From the NCBI GenBank assembly GCA_965217865.1, contig CBDCJO010000002.1:1024001-1088000 (forward strand): a stretch of DNA of 64,000 bases. Direction: 5' to 3'. The first letter of the stretch is position 1. Every line of letters starts with the position of its first letter. The translations under genes and the position numbers were made by a program. Below the pieces are notes generated by a model, which worked only from the letters and a program-made list of their open reading frames with translations, was not told the DNA's origin and did not search any database. This DNA is from Candidatus Latescibacterota bacterium (GTDB lineage Bacteria; Latescibacterota; UBA2968; SICM01). Below, piece after piece: positions 1 through 11,182 of this stretch.

Positions 1-29
1 CACATATTCCCGCTGACAGAGAGGCGGAG

Positions 30-744
30 ATGGCAAAAACAAGGTATAGAAATCAAAATCATGTTTACCATGAACGTGATATGTTTTCCTCGCCTGCGTA
101 TCTGTCCTTGTCTGGTAAATCGATTCAAGTGCTGATGCTTTTCCACTGTAAGAAGCAAGTTGAATCTCCACCAAAAGGAACAAAGCCGGTGGATTGGCAC
201 TGGCCAATTATAAATAACGGAAAGATAACGTTTACCTACGCTGAGGCTGATCAACTAGGAATATCTAACAGGCAGTTTGCTCACGCTATTAATCAGTTGC
301 ATGATCGAGGCTTCATAAACGTGAAGCAACCTGGAGGTGGAGTCAATAAATCAGCATCCCTGTATGAGATTACCTTTCGCTGGAAACGATGGGGAAAGGA
401 AGATTTTAAAGTAAATCACCCCGCCCAAAGGGCGGGGCATTAACCACTCCCCTCCCCAAACAGATCCAACTGTAGGGGCCCTTTCTGCTCTTGAAGATGA
501 AACCGAATATATCCTCTGATCACTTTAGAAGTTACCTTTTCGACTACGGTACGGACAAAACAGCCTTTTAGCTTACCCTCAGCAAGCTAAACTTTTCCTC
601 CCCTTCCAAAGGAAGGGGTATCCAAGTTCAAATACTTTCATGAAATTGAGACCAAAACCACGATTCCGAATCCCCGGAATGGGTTTTAAACCAGGACACT
701 CACCTTACAAAAGAACGAGTGCGAATTTTCCCAAACATACATAA
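30..744 (+). pseudogene. HTH replication-initiator-like protein (phage/satellite), interrupted by the 229-bp IS200-type mini-element
   Basis: ORF 30-410 has 'SPAYLSLSGKSIQVL...NNGKITFTYAEADQLGIS...LHDRGFI...SLYEITFRW'. Removing 411-639 rejoins it in frame to MKLRPKPRFRIPGMGFKPGHSPYKRTSANFPKHT* (stop 742-744). Confidence 0.6.
411..639 (-). mobile_element. 229-bp non-autonomous IS200/IS605-family element (PATE/MITE), copy 1
   Basis: Identical by inspection to 22334-22562 and to the reverse complement of 49223-49451. Subterminal hairpins, TCAT target at the left end, ends in TTAC, no TSD. Confidence 0.9.
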
Positions 745-910
745 AGGTGTGAGGTTCACATACATAAAGGTGTGTAATGGGGGTAATTGCATACATAAAG
801 GTATGAGCTAAAAATTCTCTTAAAATTCGTGTATATCTTTTCTGTGTAGACGGATAAGAAATAAAGTTGGGCTTTATACTAATTCTGAAATCCTCATACG
901 TTTATGTACG
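735..910. repeat. Iteron-like repeats (putative replication origin)
   Basis: CATACATAAAGGT(G/A)TG at 736, 759 and 790, plus an inverted 2-mismatch copy at 893-910, followed by AT-rich GTATATATATAAT. Lies directly after the Rep-like gene. Confidence 0.65.
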
Positions 911-1202
911 GTATATATATAATCTACCATCATCTAACTGAAATGGGTAAGGCCATGCCAAGACGAACCTATCTGATAACAAGCGGTACGGTTCGCGCCT
1001 GAGCTTGGTCTATCGCGAATTTCAAGGACCTCTTTTAGGTTGCCCAAGAGATGGGGGTCCCACAGGGTGTGCCCGACGCGACTGGTTTTTGCTGAAGGCC
1101 GACAGCAGTTAAGATCCCAGGCTGCTATAATCACAGTAAATACACTAAACCTAACATAGTAACGTAAAGCTATATATCCCATTTCCATGTCCCTGTTTTG
1201 AG

Positions 1203-1964
1203 GTGCTACCAGCCATGCCAGACGAGGAACAAGGCCAAGAAACACGCGAGGAACGAGGCGCCCCAGACCAGGAGACCGAGCTTGTCCAGGTCCCGGGCTT
1301 GGACACGGAGGCCGGCCCGGCCGGGGTGCCGCTAAGGGCGAGAAAGTTCTGGAAATTGCTGTCCATGTCCCAGCGCCTGGCCTTGGAATATATCGAGGTC
1401 CACGGCCTGGCCTCGATCAAGGCCTTGGCCGAGGCTGTGGGCTTGAAGGAGCGCACTGTTCACTACTGGGCCAAGCCGAGGACGGACGGGGGCCTTGCCC
1501 GGGCCGAGGCCTGGAAAGAAGGCCTTGACGCGGCCCTGGCCTTGCGGGGGGAACTGCGGGCGATAATAAGGGAATATTGGATTGCCAGGGATGAGGAGCA
1601 AGTGAGGGAATTGCAACGGCTTTATAACAGCCTACCAGATGACTATATCGACAAGATTATCGATACTCCCAAAGTCCCAGTCCGAGGCCCTGATGGGAAA
1701 GTCACGTATCAACACGGGGCGATTGTGGACCCGACAACGGGAGGGGTCTTGGTGGCCAAGATGCCGGACGGGTCCGAGGTCCCCGTGACCAGCCTGGCGG
1801 TCCGTAAATCGAATGCAGCGGAGAAGGCAGCGCTATTGAAACAAGCCCGGGAGATGGTCCAGGGAAAGGACCCGGTGCGTGTCCGGGCCGGGGTCCACCT
1901 TGACGCGAGCCAAGGCAAGGCCGGGGTGATCCTGGAGCTTGACGGGGCCCCGGAATTCATTTGA
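1203..1964 (+). CDS. Phage/satellite protein with N-terminal HTH, terminase small subunit-like
   Basis: 'SIKALAEAVGLKERTVHYW' is HTH-like and is followed by a helical region. Lies downstream of Rep and origin. Confidence 0.4.
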   Translation: MLPAMPDEEQGQETREERGAPDQETELVQVPGLDTEAGPAGVPLRARKFWKLLSMSQRLALEYIEVHGLASIKALAEAVGLKERTVHYWAKPRTDGGLARAEAWKEGLDAALALRGELRAIIREYWIARDEEQVRELQRLYNSLPDDYIDKIIDTPKVPVRGPDGKVTYQHGAIVDPTTGGVLVAKMPDGSEVPVTSLAVRKSNAAEKAALLKQAREMVQGKDPVRVRAGVHLDASQGKAGVILELDGAPEFI

Positions 1965-2424
1965 GGGAAAAAACCTACAATATTTGGAGCACTGTTTTTA
2001 ATCGTTCATTGGTTGTATTTGGGGAGTGGTATGTTTAGGATCAGTCTTATTCTGAATTGGAGGTGGATCATGGGACAGTTCGCCCTTGAGGCGCAGCCGA
2101 GCGGATGCAAGGCGGTGGTGCACCCCTGGGTTTGCGCCGTACCGGAAGCTGACAGTTAATGTGGGAGCCCCGCTCTTGGAAGTAGTCTGCAACATTGCAA
2201 ACGGCAGAAAGGAGAGCTTTGACATGAGGAGTCGCTGTGTTGGTTGTGCAGGTAGACTTGCCGTGGATTAAACTGCCACGCATGCGGAAGGCAGCGACAA
2301 CTCGGCTCCAGTTCTTTACCACCTCCGTGAGTCGCAGCGGGTGCTCAGCCGAGGCCACCTCACTTTGCCAGAGATCCCGAAATTGGACCCTAGCTGAATT
2401 GGTCATGTGATCGCGCGTGCCATC

Positions 2425-2521
2425 TGTTAACAGCACAGTTTGCGCTGCGGCGCTGCTCGCGCCTTGGCCTTCGGCAACGCCTCGTCAAGCTCGGCGTTCG
2501 CAAACCGGCGAAACTTTAACT
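2425..2521 (+). other. attC-like integron recombination site (degenerate)
   Basis: TGTTAAC...GTTTGCG...CGCAAAC...AAAC-TTTAAC imperfect palindrome of about 97 bp immediately upstream of a gene. R' appears mutated from GTTAAC. Confidence 0.45.
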
Positions 2522-2574
2522 GCAATGGCGGCACACGTGTTAAACACCACGTATCCCAGATTCGGAGATCTGAA

Positions 2575-3165
2575 ATGTCGTTTACTACTCAGTTCGGTCC
2601 ATCTAGCGGTTCTTTGGTGATCGTCGGTGGAGGAATGAACCCAGAAATCACCGAACGATTCATCCAACTTGCAGGGGGACCAGAAGCCTCGATCGTGGTC
2701 ATCCCTACCGCAGAGACCGACGAAGAGATTCATATGACCCAGGATAAGGACGGTGTGCATCCTTTGAAAGCTGCCGGAGCTGACACCATTTCCATCCTAC
2801 ACACGAGGGACCGCGAAGTAGCTGACTCAGAGGAATTTGTGCTACCAATTCGTAAGGCTATGGGGATATGGTTTACAGGTGGGAGACACTGGCGACTGAC
2901 AGACGCATATCTCAATACTTTAGCACTCAAAGAGTTTCACGGGGTCCTACAGCGTGGTGGGGTGATTGGAGGATCCTCAGCGGGAGCCACCGTTCAAGGC
3001 TTGTATATGGTAAGAGGTGACACAAATGAGAATACAATTATGATGGGAGATCACGAGGAAGGCTTCGGTTTCATTCGCAACGTTACAATTGACCAGCATC
3101 TACTAACCCGAAATCGCCAGTTTGACCTAACAGAAGTTATAGAAGCGCATCCGGACCTGCTTGGA
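2575..3165 (+). pseudogene. Cyanophycinase / peptidase S51, 3'-truncated
   Basis: 'LVIVGGG','VVIPTA','IWFTGG','GGSSAGA' (nucleophile Ser),'IDQH'. Ends abruptly against an IS3 fragment. Confidence 0.85.
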
Positions 3166-4088
3166 TGAGCCCCGGTTGCGGCTTGCGTCGCCGACAGGCC
3201 ATCCGAAATGCCCGTAAGACCAGATCCGCCGTCATAAGACAGCCTGTGGACCAGCCTACGACTTTGCGAGCAAACAGATCCAACACCACGCACAGGTAAA
3301 GATATCCCCGTCGCGTGCGGATATAGGTGATATCCGATGCCCAGACCTTGTCCGGCTTATTCACCTGGAACTGCTGCTTCACCAGATCCCGGGACGCCAA
3401 ACCAATGCCACCTTTGGTCAGCACCCGGAACCGACGCTTCGGCTTTCCCTGGATGCCGCAGGCCCGCATCAGCCGCGCAACACGATTACGGCTGCACACA
3501 ATGCCTTCAGCCTTGAGACCCTGCGTTATCCGAGGACTGCCATACGCCCTCTTCCTGGAATGCTGATGCATTCCTCGAATGTGCTCAATCAGAGCACGAT
3601 CGCGCTTGCATCGACCACTTTCTGGCTCCTGGTGCCAGGCATAATAACCGCTTGGATCAACCTCCAGCACCCGGCACATCCGCCGTATCGGAAACTGACC
3701 CCGGTGCTCTTCGATAAAGGCGTATCTCATTGGGACCGGTTGGAGAAGTAGGCCAGCGCTTTTTTTAGGATGTCTCGCTCCTGCTCGACCTGGGAAAGCT
3801 TGCGCTTCAGATCGTAGACCTCCTGGTCTTCCGTTGTCCGCTTCCCGTGACCCGGAAACACATCATCCGGATGCTTCTGAAACTGCCCGATCCATCGATA
3901 CAACACGCCTTCTGGAATGTCCCATTCCAGGGAAACTGCCTTCACCTTCTCGCCGTCCACCAGTACCTTACGAACGGACTCCAACTTGAACTGACGATCG
4001 TACCTGCAACGACGTACCATAGAGGACACCTCCCTTAACTAATTTACTTCTCCCTTATCTGGGTGTCCACTAAATCGGGGCAAGATTA
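3166..4088 (-). mobile_element. IS3-family element, right part deleted (orfA 3727-4029, orfB partial)
   Basis: orfA HTH. orfB 'YGSPRI...WASDITYI...VVLDLFARKVVGW'. Left IR TAATCTTGCCCCGATTTAGTGGACA. Confidence 0.9.
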
Positions 4089-4160
4089 GCCGTCTCACGT
4101 CTCACATCTCACGGTTCACGTTTGACCGTTTTTCTCTCTGGCCTCTGACCCCTGACCTCC

Positions 4161-4735
4161 ATGCTCTTGACCCCCTCTTCAACCGAATTCCTCGACCTGG
4201 CCCGGACCACACTCAATCATCGACGCCAGCCCTTCCGATTCCGGGCGACCGGGACCAGCATGGAGCCCTTCATCCGGTCCGGAGACATCCTGGAACGACG
4301 CGGCAGGCGGGTCCGCCTCGACCGCGGAGCACAGCGTGCCATGCGCTGGCCGGGAGCGCGTATCCCGATCGGCAGGCGAATCTCCAGGACCCTGGGCGGA
4401 TGGGGCACTGCGATCCGCGAGCGGCTCGACCGGGACGGGGGGGACCTCCTGCGGGTCGTTTCACTCTGCGGACCGTCCGTCCGTGTGGACGGGCTTCTCC
4501 CCGAATCCGAACCCGAATGGGAAGACCTGGTCTCCGTCGCCGTAACCCGGGACCTGGCCCCGCTCCTCTATTTTCAATTCCAGCGTTCCGGGACGGAACT
4601 TCCGCTCGAAGTATCCCGGGCCCTTTCACGCGCCTACTATGGTTCCGCCGCGCGGTATGTCGTCATGATCAACGCCTTCGGAGAGGTCCTGAAAGCCATC
4701 ACCGACGCAGAGATCTTGCCCAGCACCGGAGCCCG
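4161..4735 (+). pseudogene. Deleted S26/S24 peptidase-like plus nucleotidyltransferase-family fragment
   Basis: 'FRFRATGTSMEPFIRSGDIL' followed by 'WEDLVSVA...LAPLLYFQ' segment. Both are incomplete. Confidence 0.5.
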
Positions 4736-4737
4736 CG

Positions 4738-4910
4738 ATGACGAACGGCCGTTGCCGGATGCGCGGGGGAGCATCGCCCGGCGCACCGGTCGGTAACACG
4801 AACGCCTTCAAACACGGTCTTTTCACCGCCGCGGCGATCGCCGAGCGGCGGGAAGCGGCTGCGCTCATTCGTGAGATGAAGGGCCTTGTCGAGCAGGCCG
4901 ACGGTCAAGA
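4738..4910 (+). pseudogene. HGGxSTG-motif small phage/island protein fragment
   Basis: 'GRCRMRGGASPGAPVGNTNAFKHGLFTAAAIAERR'. Confidence 0.6.
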
Positions 4911-5502
4911 CTGGACCAGCCTGTGCAGCCCGTGCGGTTTCTTTTCGCCCACTTCATACATTGGGGGGCAACTCCGGGGCCAGTTGCCGCGGCCGGGGGA
5001 AGGCAGAGTTGCGCAAGCGTAGGGCAAATCAGCCGGACCCTGAAAGGAGTTTTTCATGCCTCAAAGAATGTTGCGGCGGCGCGAAGTCGAAGCGTGAACC
5101 ACCTGTTCCCGGCGAAGGACCTGAAAGGCCGGAGGCTGCGCCAAGCTCCTACTCGCCAAGCCACGCCGGGTGCTGGTCAACCTGCCGACGGACGTCGAGG
5201 CCGTCTACCCCTGTTGCGACCTCGACGGGGAACGAGTACGCGCGAACCTGTCGTTACCCTGCCGATCCCTGCCGACGCGACGGCGAGGCGTGGGCACATC
5301 GCATGCCCGGGAATCGCTTTCCGTACCGCGTCGAGACGCTGACCGGCGACGGACGGACGGTGAAGGGGACCGATGATCCTTCCCAACGAGTTGGAGAGAG
5401 TGATCGGCCCGGTGACTTTTACGGCGCCAGCGACCTGCAGCCTGGGCGCGCGGTCTACACCCCATTCGAGGTAGTACCGCATGGGCTCGAACCGACTTGT
5501 GG

Positions 5503-5531
5503 TTGACAGATATATATCCGTGCACTATATT
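5503..5531 (+). promoter_or_regulatory. sigma70-like promoter
   Basis: TTGACA-17 bp-TATATT. Confidence 0.55.
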
Positions 5532-5584
5532 CGGTGTGTCACCCACGGGGCGGCGCAGGGATTGGCATGGCTGTGATTGCACAC

Positions 5585-5710
5585 ACGAGATAAAGAACCG
5601 GGAGGCGAGTGGACGGGCACGGCCTCCTGGACCCTGGCCCAAGCGGCGTGCGATCACATCGCCAAGTCCAAGACGTGGCCAGACAGTCCCCGGGGGTGCG
5701 GCGACGGTCC
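5585..5710 (+). ncRNA. Putative IS110-family non-coding end / bridge-RNA-like fragment
   Basis: Adjacent stems CCGGGAGGC..GCCTCCTGG and CTGGCC..GGCCAG with large loops. Resembles IS110 left ends from memory. No recombinase follows. Confidence 0.35.
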
Positions 5711-5846
5711 GCCTTGAGGGTCAGCACCTCATCCTGGAAATCCTGGTTGTTTTCCAGGTCGACAATTTCAAGATGAAGTGCCCTTGCGGCGTCGCGGCAG
5801 ATTCGACTGCCATGATGCTCATGTTTAGCAGGTGAACTCCACGGCT

Positions 5847-6671
5847 TCAGAACACGTAGCGCAAGGATATCCGAAGTCCCTGGCTCGACAGATTCGCTCT
5901 GGTTTCGGCAAGATCTATCTCCAGCGAGTCGCGACTTCCGTCGCGCCAGACAATCCGACCCATGGCCTTGCTGGTTTCGACGATGCCGGAATCCGTGTAA
6001 CGCCAGGCAAGACCAAGGATCATCCTCTTCCGTAGCGATGTCGACACTCCCGCGCTCAGCATCCAAGCGAAATTAACCCGTTCTCCGCGCGGAACGACGG
6101 TCGTCGTCTTCAGGAACGCCATCCGCGTTTCATTAATACCGATGTGGGACAGGCCGACGCCACCCCCGGTAAAGGGGCTGAAGGGACCGAGCCGGGGTAG
6201 GCCAAATTCGGCAAGGTCCAGGTAAGCAGCAAGCATGCCGGACAGGGAGGACAAATTCGCCGAAATCGCCTGCCTGTCCGTGGTCAAGGGTTGCACAAAA
6301 TTGGCGCGACCCTCGAATGAAAAGCCTGGACGATGCTGAAGCACTGCTTCCAGCCGCAGGGCAGGCACCACGACATAGCCAACCCCGAGATTGAAACCGG
6401 CCATTGGTCCGAAATCGCCGAGCGAGCTCAAAGGTGCGCCGTCCACGCCGGTCCCGCAGCCATAAAGCGCATTCGGAGAAGCGCTCGAACAGTCCTTATC
6501 TTTGAATCGCGTTTTTTCCGACCAGTCGAAAACAACCCCAGTCACCAAATAGAAACCTTCAGGCGACATGGTGTGCAGGCCCGTCTGCGCGAATGCCATG
6601 ACCGGAATGACAGCCGCTATAACAGCCGAGACGAGTGCTGTCCGAGGCCATAATGCACGAAAACCGATCAT
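5847..6671 (-). CDS. Outer-membrane beta-barrel (opacity/Ail-like) protein
   Basis: Signal peptide 'MIGFRALW...VMAFA', amphipathic strands, C-terminal 'ISLRYVF'. Confidence 0.8.
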   Translation of the reverse strand: MIGFRALWPRTALVSAVIAAVIPVMAFAQTGLHTMSPEGFYLVTGVVFDWSEKTRFKDKDCSSASPNALYGCGTGVDGAPLSSLGDFGPMAGFNLGVGYVVVPALRLEAVLQHRPGFSFEGRANFVQPLTTDRQAISANLSSLSGMLAAYLDLAEFGLPRLGPFSPFTGGGVGLSHIGINETRMAFLKTTTVVPRGERVNFAWMLSAGVSTSLRKRMILGLAWRYTDSGIVETSKAMGRIVWRDGSRDSLEIDLAETRANLSSQGLRISLRYVF

Positions 6672-7149
6672 CGACTTGTGGCGCTTCGACGTTTTCAAGA
6701 TGTGTTTATTCCCTTGTACATATCCCATATTTACCAGCATATTGAGTTTTTTTGACATTCGGTTTTTTGCCCCTTCACAGAAACGAGCAGGGTGCTTCCT
6801 GGTGGTAGCAGAGGTATGTGGAAGTTCACCTCGTTTTCTGCCGTGCAGGATATTAGTCGCGTTCAAGGATTCCGGCAATCACATCGTCATATTGACAGCC
6901 TTTATCCAGGGCAGCGATCGCACGACTTGTCCATCCATTCGGAGAAGGCTTCTTCGATGATTGGATTCGGGTCAGCGACGAGTTTTTTGAATTCGGTCAA
7001 TTTATTAAGGTAAGGAGACTCGACGCAGGCGGAGATTTTCGGACTTGCAGTAGCCATGATCTCCTTCCAGCCTGGAACTGTCGATAAGATCGCGGTGCGC
7101 AGTCGGAGTTCGCCCCGCCGTGTGCGAGTCATTGTTTGAGAGCGCGTTC

Positions 7150-7620
7150 TCATAGAAAGTGTTCGTCCACTCCACGAAGCCAATCTCGTCGCTTTTCTGC
7201 CGACACGGTACTAAAGTGCGTCAACGCAATCTCATCGTCGAGATCCGGGGTGAACTGCAGGCTCCCGTCGTCGGGAAGAATCAGAAGTTCGCCCGAGTCG
7301 AACGCCGAGTGGCAGAAAGAGCACAGACAAATGCCGTTGGCGGGATTGGCCCGTTGCTCTGGATCGGTCGCATAACTGTGGACATGCGCCGCATCGAGCG
7401 CGGAACGCAGGCGAGTTCCGCAGACAACGCAGGTGTAGTTATGGCGGGCCAGAACTGTAGCTCGAAACGCTTGCATCCGTGGTCGCTTACGGGCGAGCGC
7501 CAATGAATCGCAGACTCGCCATTCAGTCTCATCCAGCATTGCCGTTTCCGGAGGTGCGGCGTTCAACGCGGCATCTAGCAGGCGCATGAACAGCTCTGGT
7601 CGAATGCCAGGCATTGACAT
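7150..7620 (-). CDS. HNH endonuclease (putative restriction-type), possibly 5'-truncated
   Basis: 'FRATVL..NYTCVVCG...LDAAHV...NGICLCSFCHSAFDSG'. Confidence 0.8.
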   Translation of the reverse strand: MSMPGIRPELFMRLLDAALNAAPPETAMLDETEWRVCDSLALARKRPRMQAFRATVLARHNYTCVVCGTRLRSALDAAHVHSYATDPEQRANPANGICLCSFCHSAFDSGELLILPDDGSLQFTPDLDDEIALTHFSTVSAEKRRDWLRGVDEHFL

Positions 7621-7928
7621 CGACCAGCCGACACTGTTCAGATCGTGGGGCAGGCCAACAGCTTGTCGGTTCCGTATGCCGGCTTTGGTACGGCTTGAGA
7701 GATCATAGATATCTTCCTGGAGCCGCTACATCAATATGTGGACCCCAATTCGACCCGCTGCCGGAGTTCCATCCGGCTACGCCCCTGGGGTTCGGGTTCT
7801 GGACATCTGGCGCCTCCACGATCTGGAGGGGAGATACCAAATCATAAGACACTTTACGTCAAAACAGAACACTACACGCTATTCTGAAATCGACCTCTAG
7901 ACCGCCCGCAGGCTCATAAGCTTGTCCG

Positions 7929-8042
7929 ATGGGGTGGACGCCTCCTCCCGACGGTATCGCAATGTGCCAAGGTGATGGTGTCTTTCACGACCTGAAGAAG
8001 GAGTCATCCGTGAAACAGGTTGGCATCATCGGTATCGATCCG
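7929..8042 (+). mobile_element. IS110/IS1111-like left end with transposase start, truncated
   Basis: ATGGGGTGGACG...GTGCCAAGGTG, RBS AAGGAG, then 'VKQVGIIGID'. Confidence 0.5.
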
Positions 8043-9419
8043 AGGTATCGGTCCGAGAGAGCCGATGCGGTGATGAGCATCGGAACTGTGGCAATGAGTA
8101 TTTACCTCTTGAATGCCTGCTTCGCGATTTTTCGCTCGTCGATGCACTTCCGGTTTTTCCAGGCGCGTCCGAGCGTTCTCCACAGGCCGCCTTCCTCAAA
8201 CGGGTTCAGGGTCGCCGCGAGCCCCAGCCTCTTGGGCGCCGGGGGGCTTGTCTTCCACACGCGGGCGGGGATCCGTAACGAGGGACCCTTCAGCTCGATC
8301 TCTTCCCCGCTCCTCTGATCGCTCACGACCAGGGCGAGCGCGATCTGCAAGTCGGGACTGTCCACGCCGAGATCTGCCGCAGGTATGCTCAGGATCGGAG
8401 CGAAGCGATAGGTGTGATCGGAAGTCGTGCGTCTCTCTTCTGGTTCCACGAAGCTGATCCAGCTGGCCTCTCCTCTCGACGTTGTCGTGAAGCGCCGGGG
8501 CGAAGGCGGCTCGCCCGGCTCACTCGCCTGGTAGGTCGCCACCTCATGTCCTTGGACGCGCCTCTCTCTCGTACGGGCCTTCATCTTCAGCATGTAGGAG
8601 GTCGCGCCCCAGTTCGTCCCGGCATGGAGCTCGAGTGCCACGAGCTCTACTCCGACCACGACTCGGGTTCCCGTGCTTGGCAGGTATCCGGCGATTACCG
8701 TGACTAGCGCGCTTGCGCGTCCATCCCCCGAGTCCATCAGCGTGTACGCTCGCGTGGTATACGGCTCCTCGTCCGCACAACTCCGACCCGGCCGGGGAAA
8801 TTTGTGCCAACTGAAGTGAGAGCGAATCTTATGACCGAGGGGTACGATATAACCATAGAGGCCGATTACTACGTCGTCGTTGAGGCGGCACCTAAATAAA
8901 AAGGATGTTGGCAAATGACCATGCATCAAAGGTGGAAAGACGACGAGGACGCCGGGATGGCCCCGTTCCAGCCGGTGACGCCCGTCAACCCGGAGAGAGC
9001 AAGAAAGTATGAGGAAGCGTTTAAAATGTATGATCTGACCGGGGACGAGAAATATCTCGACATTTTCAACCCCGTCAAGAATGAGGAGAAGAAGGATGCC
9101 TAACATGGCGCTTTTTCCCGACCGTGCCACGACAGTCCCGGCCCTTATGGGCGTGGTGGACGGGTTCCCCGACACCGTCCGCCGATTTCTCTTAACTGGT
9201 ATCGTTCGTAAGGCTGTGAATCTACCGCAAACACGTCACCTCCGACGGCTCCCCGCCTTGCGAAAAGGCCATGTTTCGCCTTGAACCCCCCTTTTCCCAG
9301 GATTAGCAGTGTCGCCGGGGTATGCGCCCCGGCCTTCGTTGAGCGGCCAGGCACGTCAACAACGCATCTTTGGTCCCTCGACCGAGGACATTGATGAAAT
9401 CAAGCGGTTGGGCGGCATC

Positions 9420-9760
9420 GACAGCCAATGGATTCGAGACGGATGTCTTCCTGGTGACCAAGGCCAAAGCCAAGGAACTCAAAGCGGCACCTGGAGATCC
9501 GCCACCGCCGCAACCGGAACCCACGCCAAGCCCAGATCCGGAACCCGAGCCAACTCCGGGCACTCCGAAAACAACACTTCGACTTGCGGGCAGCGTTCCC
9601 CCCGAAGTCTGGAACCGGCTCGGAACCAGGATTCTGCCCAAGCTGCGGTTGAGGGACGACCTCAGCGTCGGCATCGAGTTCTCGGTAAGCGTCAGTTCAC
9701 AGTTTGCACGGAAACATGGAGACGGAACTGAATCAGATTCTGGATGATCTCGGCCTTGGT
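9420..9760 (+). pseudogene. C-terminal fragment of DUF499-type ATPase (copy A)
   Basis: 'FETDVFL..KAKAKELK-Pro-rich linker-TTLRLAGSVPPEVWNRLGTRILPKLR'. Paralogous to 14700-14940. Confidence 0.55.
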
Positions 9761-9803
9761 GAGCGGATTCGCGTCGAGAGATCAAGAGTAAAGAGTCCGG
9801 GCA

Positions 9804-9945
9804 ATGACGAATGACGAGACAGCAAGGTTCTTTAACGAGACACGAGCCTTCATCCAGGGTAACCCGGATCTGCAAAACCCTCATGTGGAAGGGCGGTTCC
9901 GTACACGCCAACACCTTCGCAACAGTTCCGGGCATGCCATTCGGG
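9804..9945 (+). pseudogene. N-terminal fragment of DEAD/type III Res-like helicase
   Basis: 'GNPDLQNPHVEGRFRTRQHLRNSSGHAI' resembles the Q-motif region. Breaks before Walker A. Confidence 0.35.
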
Positions 9946-10107
9946 CCAGGTCGCAGTCGATGCTGTTCGACGTTGAGGTGGACCGGATGCTGACCGTCAT
10001 TCGGGAGTGACCTGATTCATCGAAATTTCGCCTGTACCGACGATTGGAAATATAATCCAAGACCTGTTACAATAACCGATGATGACAAACAACAAGGAGA
10101 ATTATGG

Positions 10108-11053
10108 GTGAGTAGGGCGACATTTGGTTTCACTCCGGCGGTTTTCGCAACATTTATACTGCTACTGACAACGAACGCGGCAGCTTCCGAGAAGAAAAGC
10201 GTCACCCGCCAGGGATTCTATTTTGGCATGGATACAGGAGTGTCTCTACCGCGAGATCTCGAGTCCACCCGTACGAACACCGGCATTCCGACGAACTGCG
10301 ATCAGTGGTTGGACGAGTTCACTTTCGGCGATGGCGCCAAAGTGCCATACACGATCGAACAATGTGATCCCAGGGTCTGGCCGGTAAGTCCGAATCATTT
10401 TGATCTTGGCGCCGGTTTTCTGGCAGGCGCCAATCTCGGCTATGCCTTGCACAACTTTCGCATTGAAGCCGAATACTTTCACCGCGAGCAGACTGGTGAA
10501 CATTTGCCATTGATTGTTCCCGGCGACGAAAAACAGCAAGAGTTTGTTGAGCGAAGTGAAAAAACCAGTGACTTTCGTGCCAACAACTTTTTCGCAAACC
10601 TCTACTATGATTTTCAAAACACGATATCGCCCAAGGTGATCCCCAACTTGGGCGTTGGGTTGGGTTTGATGCATACGACAATGGATTACTCGGCGACATC
10701 TATCAGGACAAACGACATGAACGAACTGATAAGACTGGGGCGAAACCCCAACGCGGCCGGCCTGGCATCCTTAGCCAACGAGGTGCTGTCCGATAATTTG
10801 CTTGGTTATCAGTTGATCGCAGGTTTGAATTACGCCTTGAGCGAGCCGGTTTTACGTAGGAACAAAATTACGCTACGGGGATGCCTTTGACGATTTCAAA
10901 GACGACGACAATGAGTGGAAGCCGTTGAGGGGCCACGAATCCACCGTCGGGCCGCCGGGGGAGCCGGGGGGTAATCTGCTCGTCCGTTACGGGATTACAG
11001 CCGACGATTTGAATTTCTGGGGTATTTCACTGGATCTGAAATACTTTTTTTAA
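10108..11053 (+). pseudogene. Outer-membrane beta-barrel (opacity/P44-like), frameshifted near 10860
   Basis: Signal peptide, 'GFYFG','FRIEAEY','ANLYYDF','YQLIAG'. An alternate frame ends 'WGISLDLKYFF*'. Confidence 0.75.
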
Positions 11054-11076
11054 CAGCTATAGCCAAGAGCCGTAGA

Positions 11077-11106
11077 GTTTTCCCCCACACGCGTGGGGAT
11101 GTACCG
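11077..11106 (+). CRISPR. Solitary type I-E CRISPR repeat (no array)
   Basis: GTTTTCCCCCACACGCGTGGGGATGTACCG is the I-E repeat pattern with CCCCAC/GTGGGG hairpin and one extra C. No second repeat at spacer distance. Confidence 0.7.
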
Positions 11107-11182
11107 ATGACCTGCTGAATACAATAGCCTATTCATCCGGGAATTATCACCCAATTACACTTGACAGTATCTCCAAATCCGA

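Noticed and set aside
411-639. 229-bp repeat as a CRISPR unit, riboswitch or TnpB omegaRNA
   Set aside because: The copies are dispersed, interrupt genes and encode a TnpA tail directly before the right hairpin. No tnpB or iscB is seen in the window.
4090-4160. 7-bp periodic repeats (CGTCTCA, CTGACCC; similar at 46790-46820)
   Set aside because: Short degenerate intergenic heptamer repeats, too weak to assign a function.
4970-5050. Possible oriT-like sequence
   Set aside because: Only a vague resemblance, with no relaxase gene and no clear nic site.
8102-9175. 357-aa minus-strand ORF as one gene
   Set aside because: It spans segments of different composition and overlaps a plausible plus-strand small ORF. 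No family recognised.
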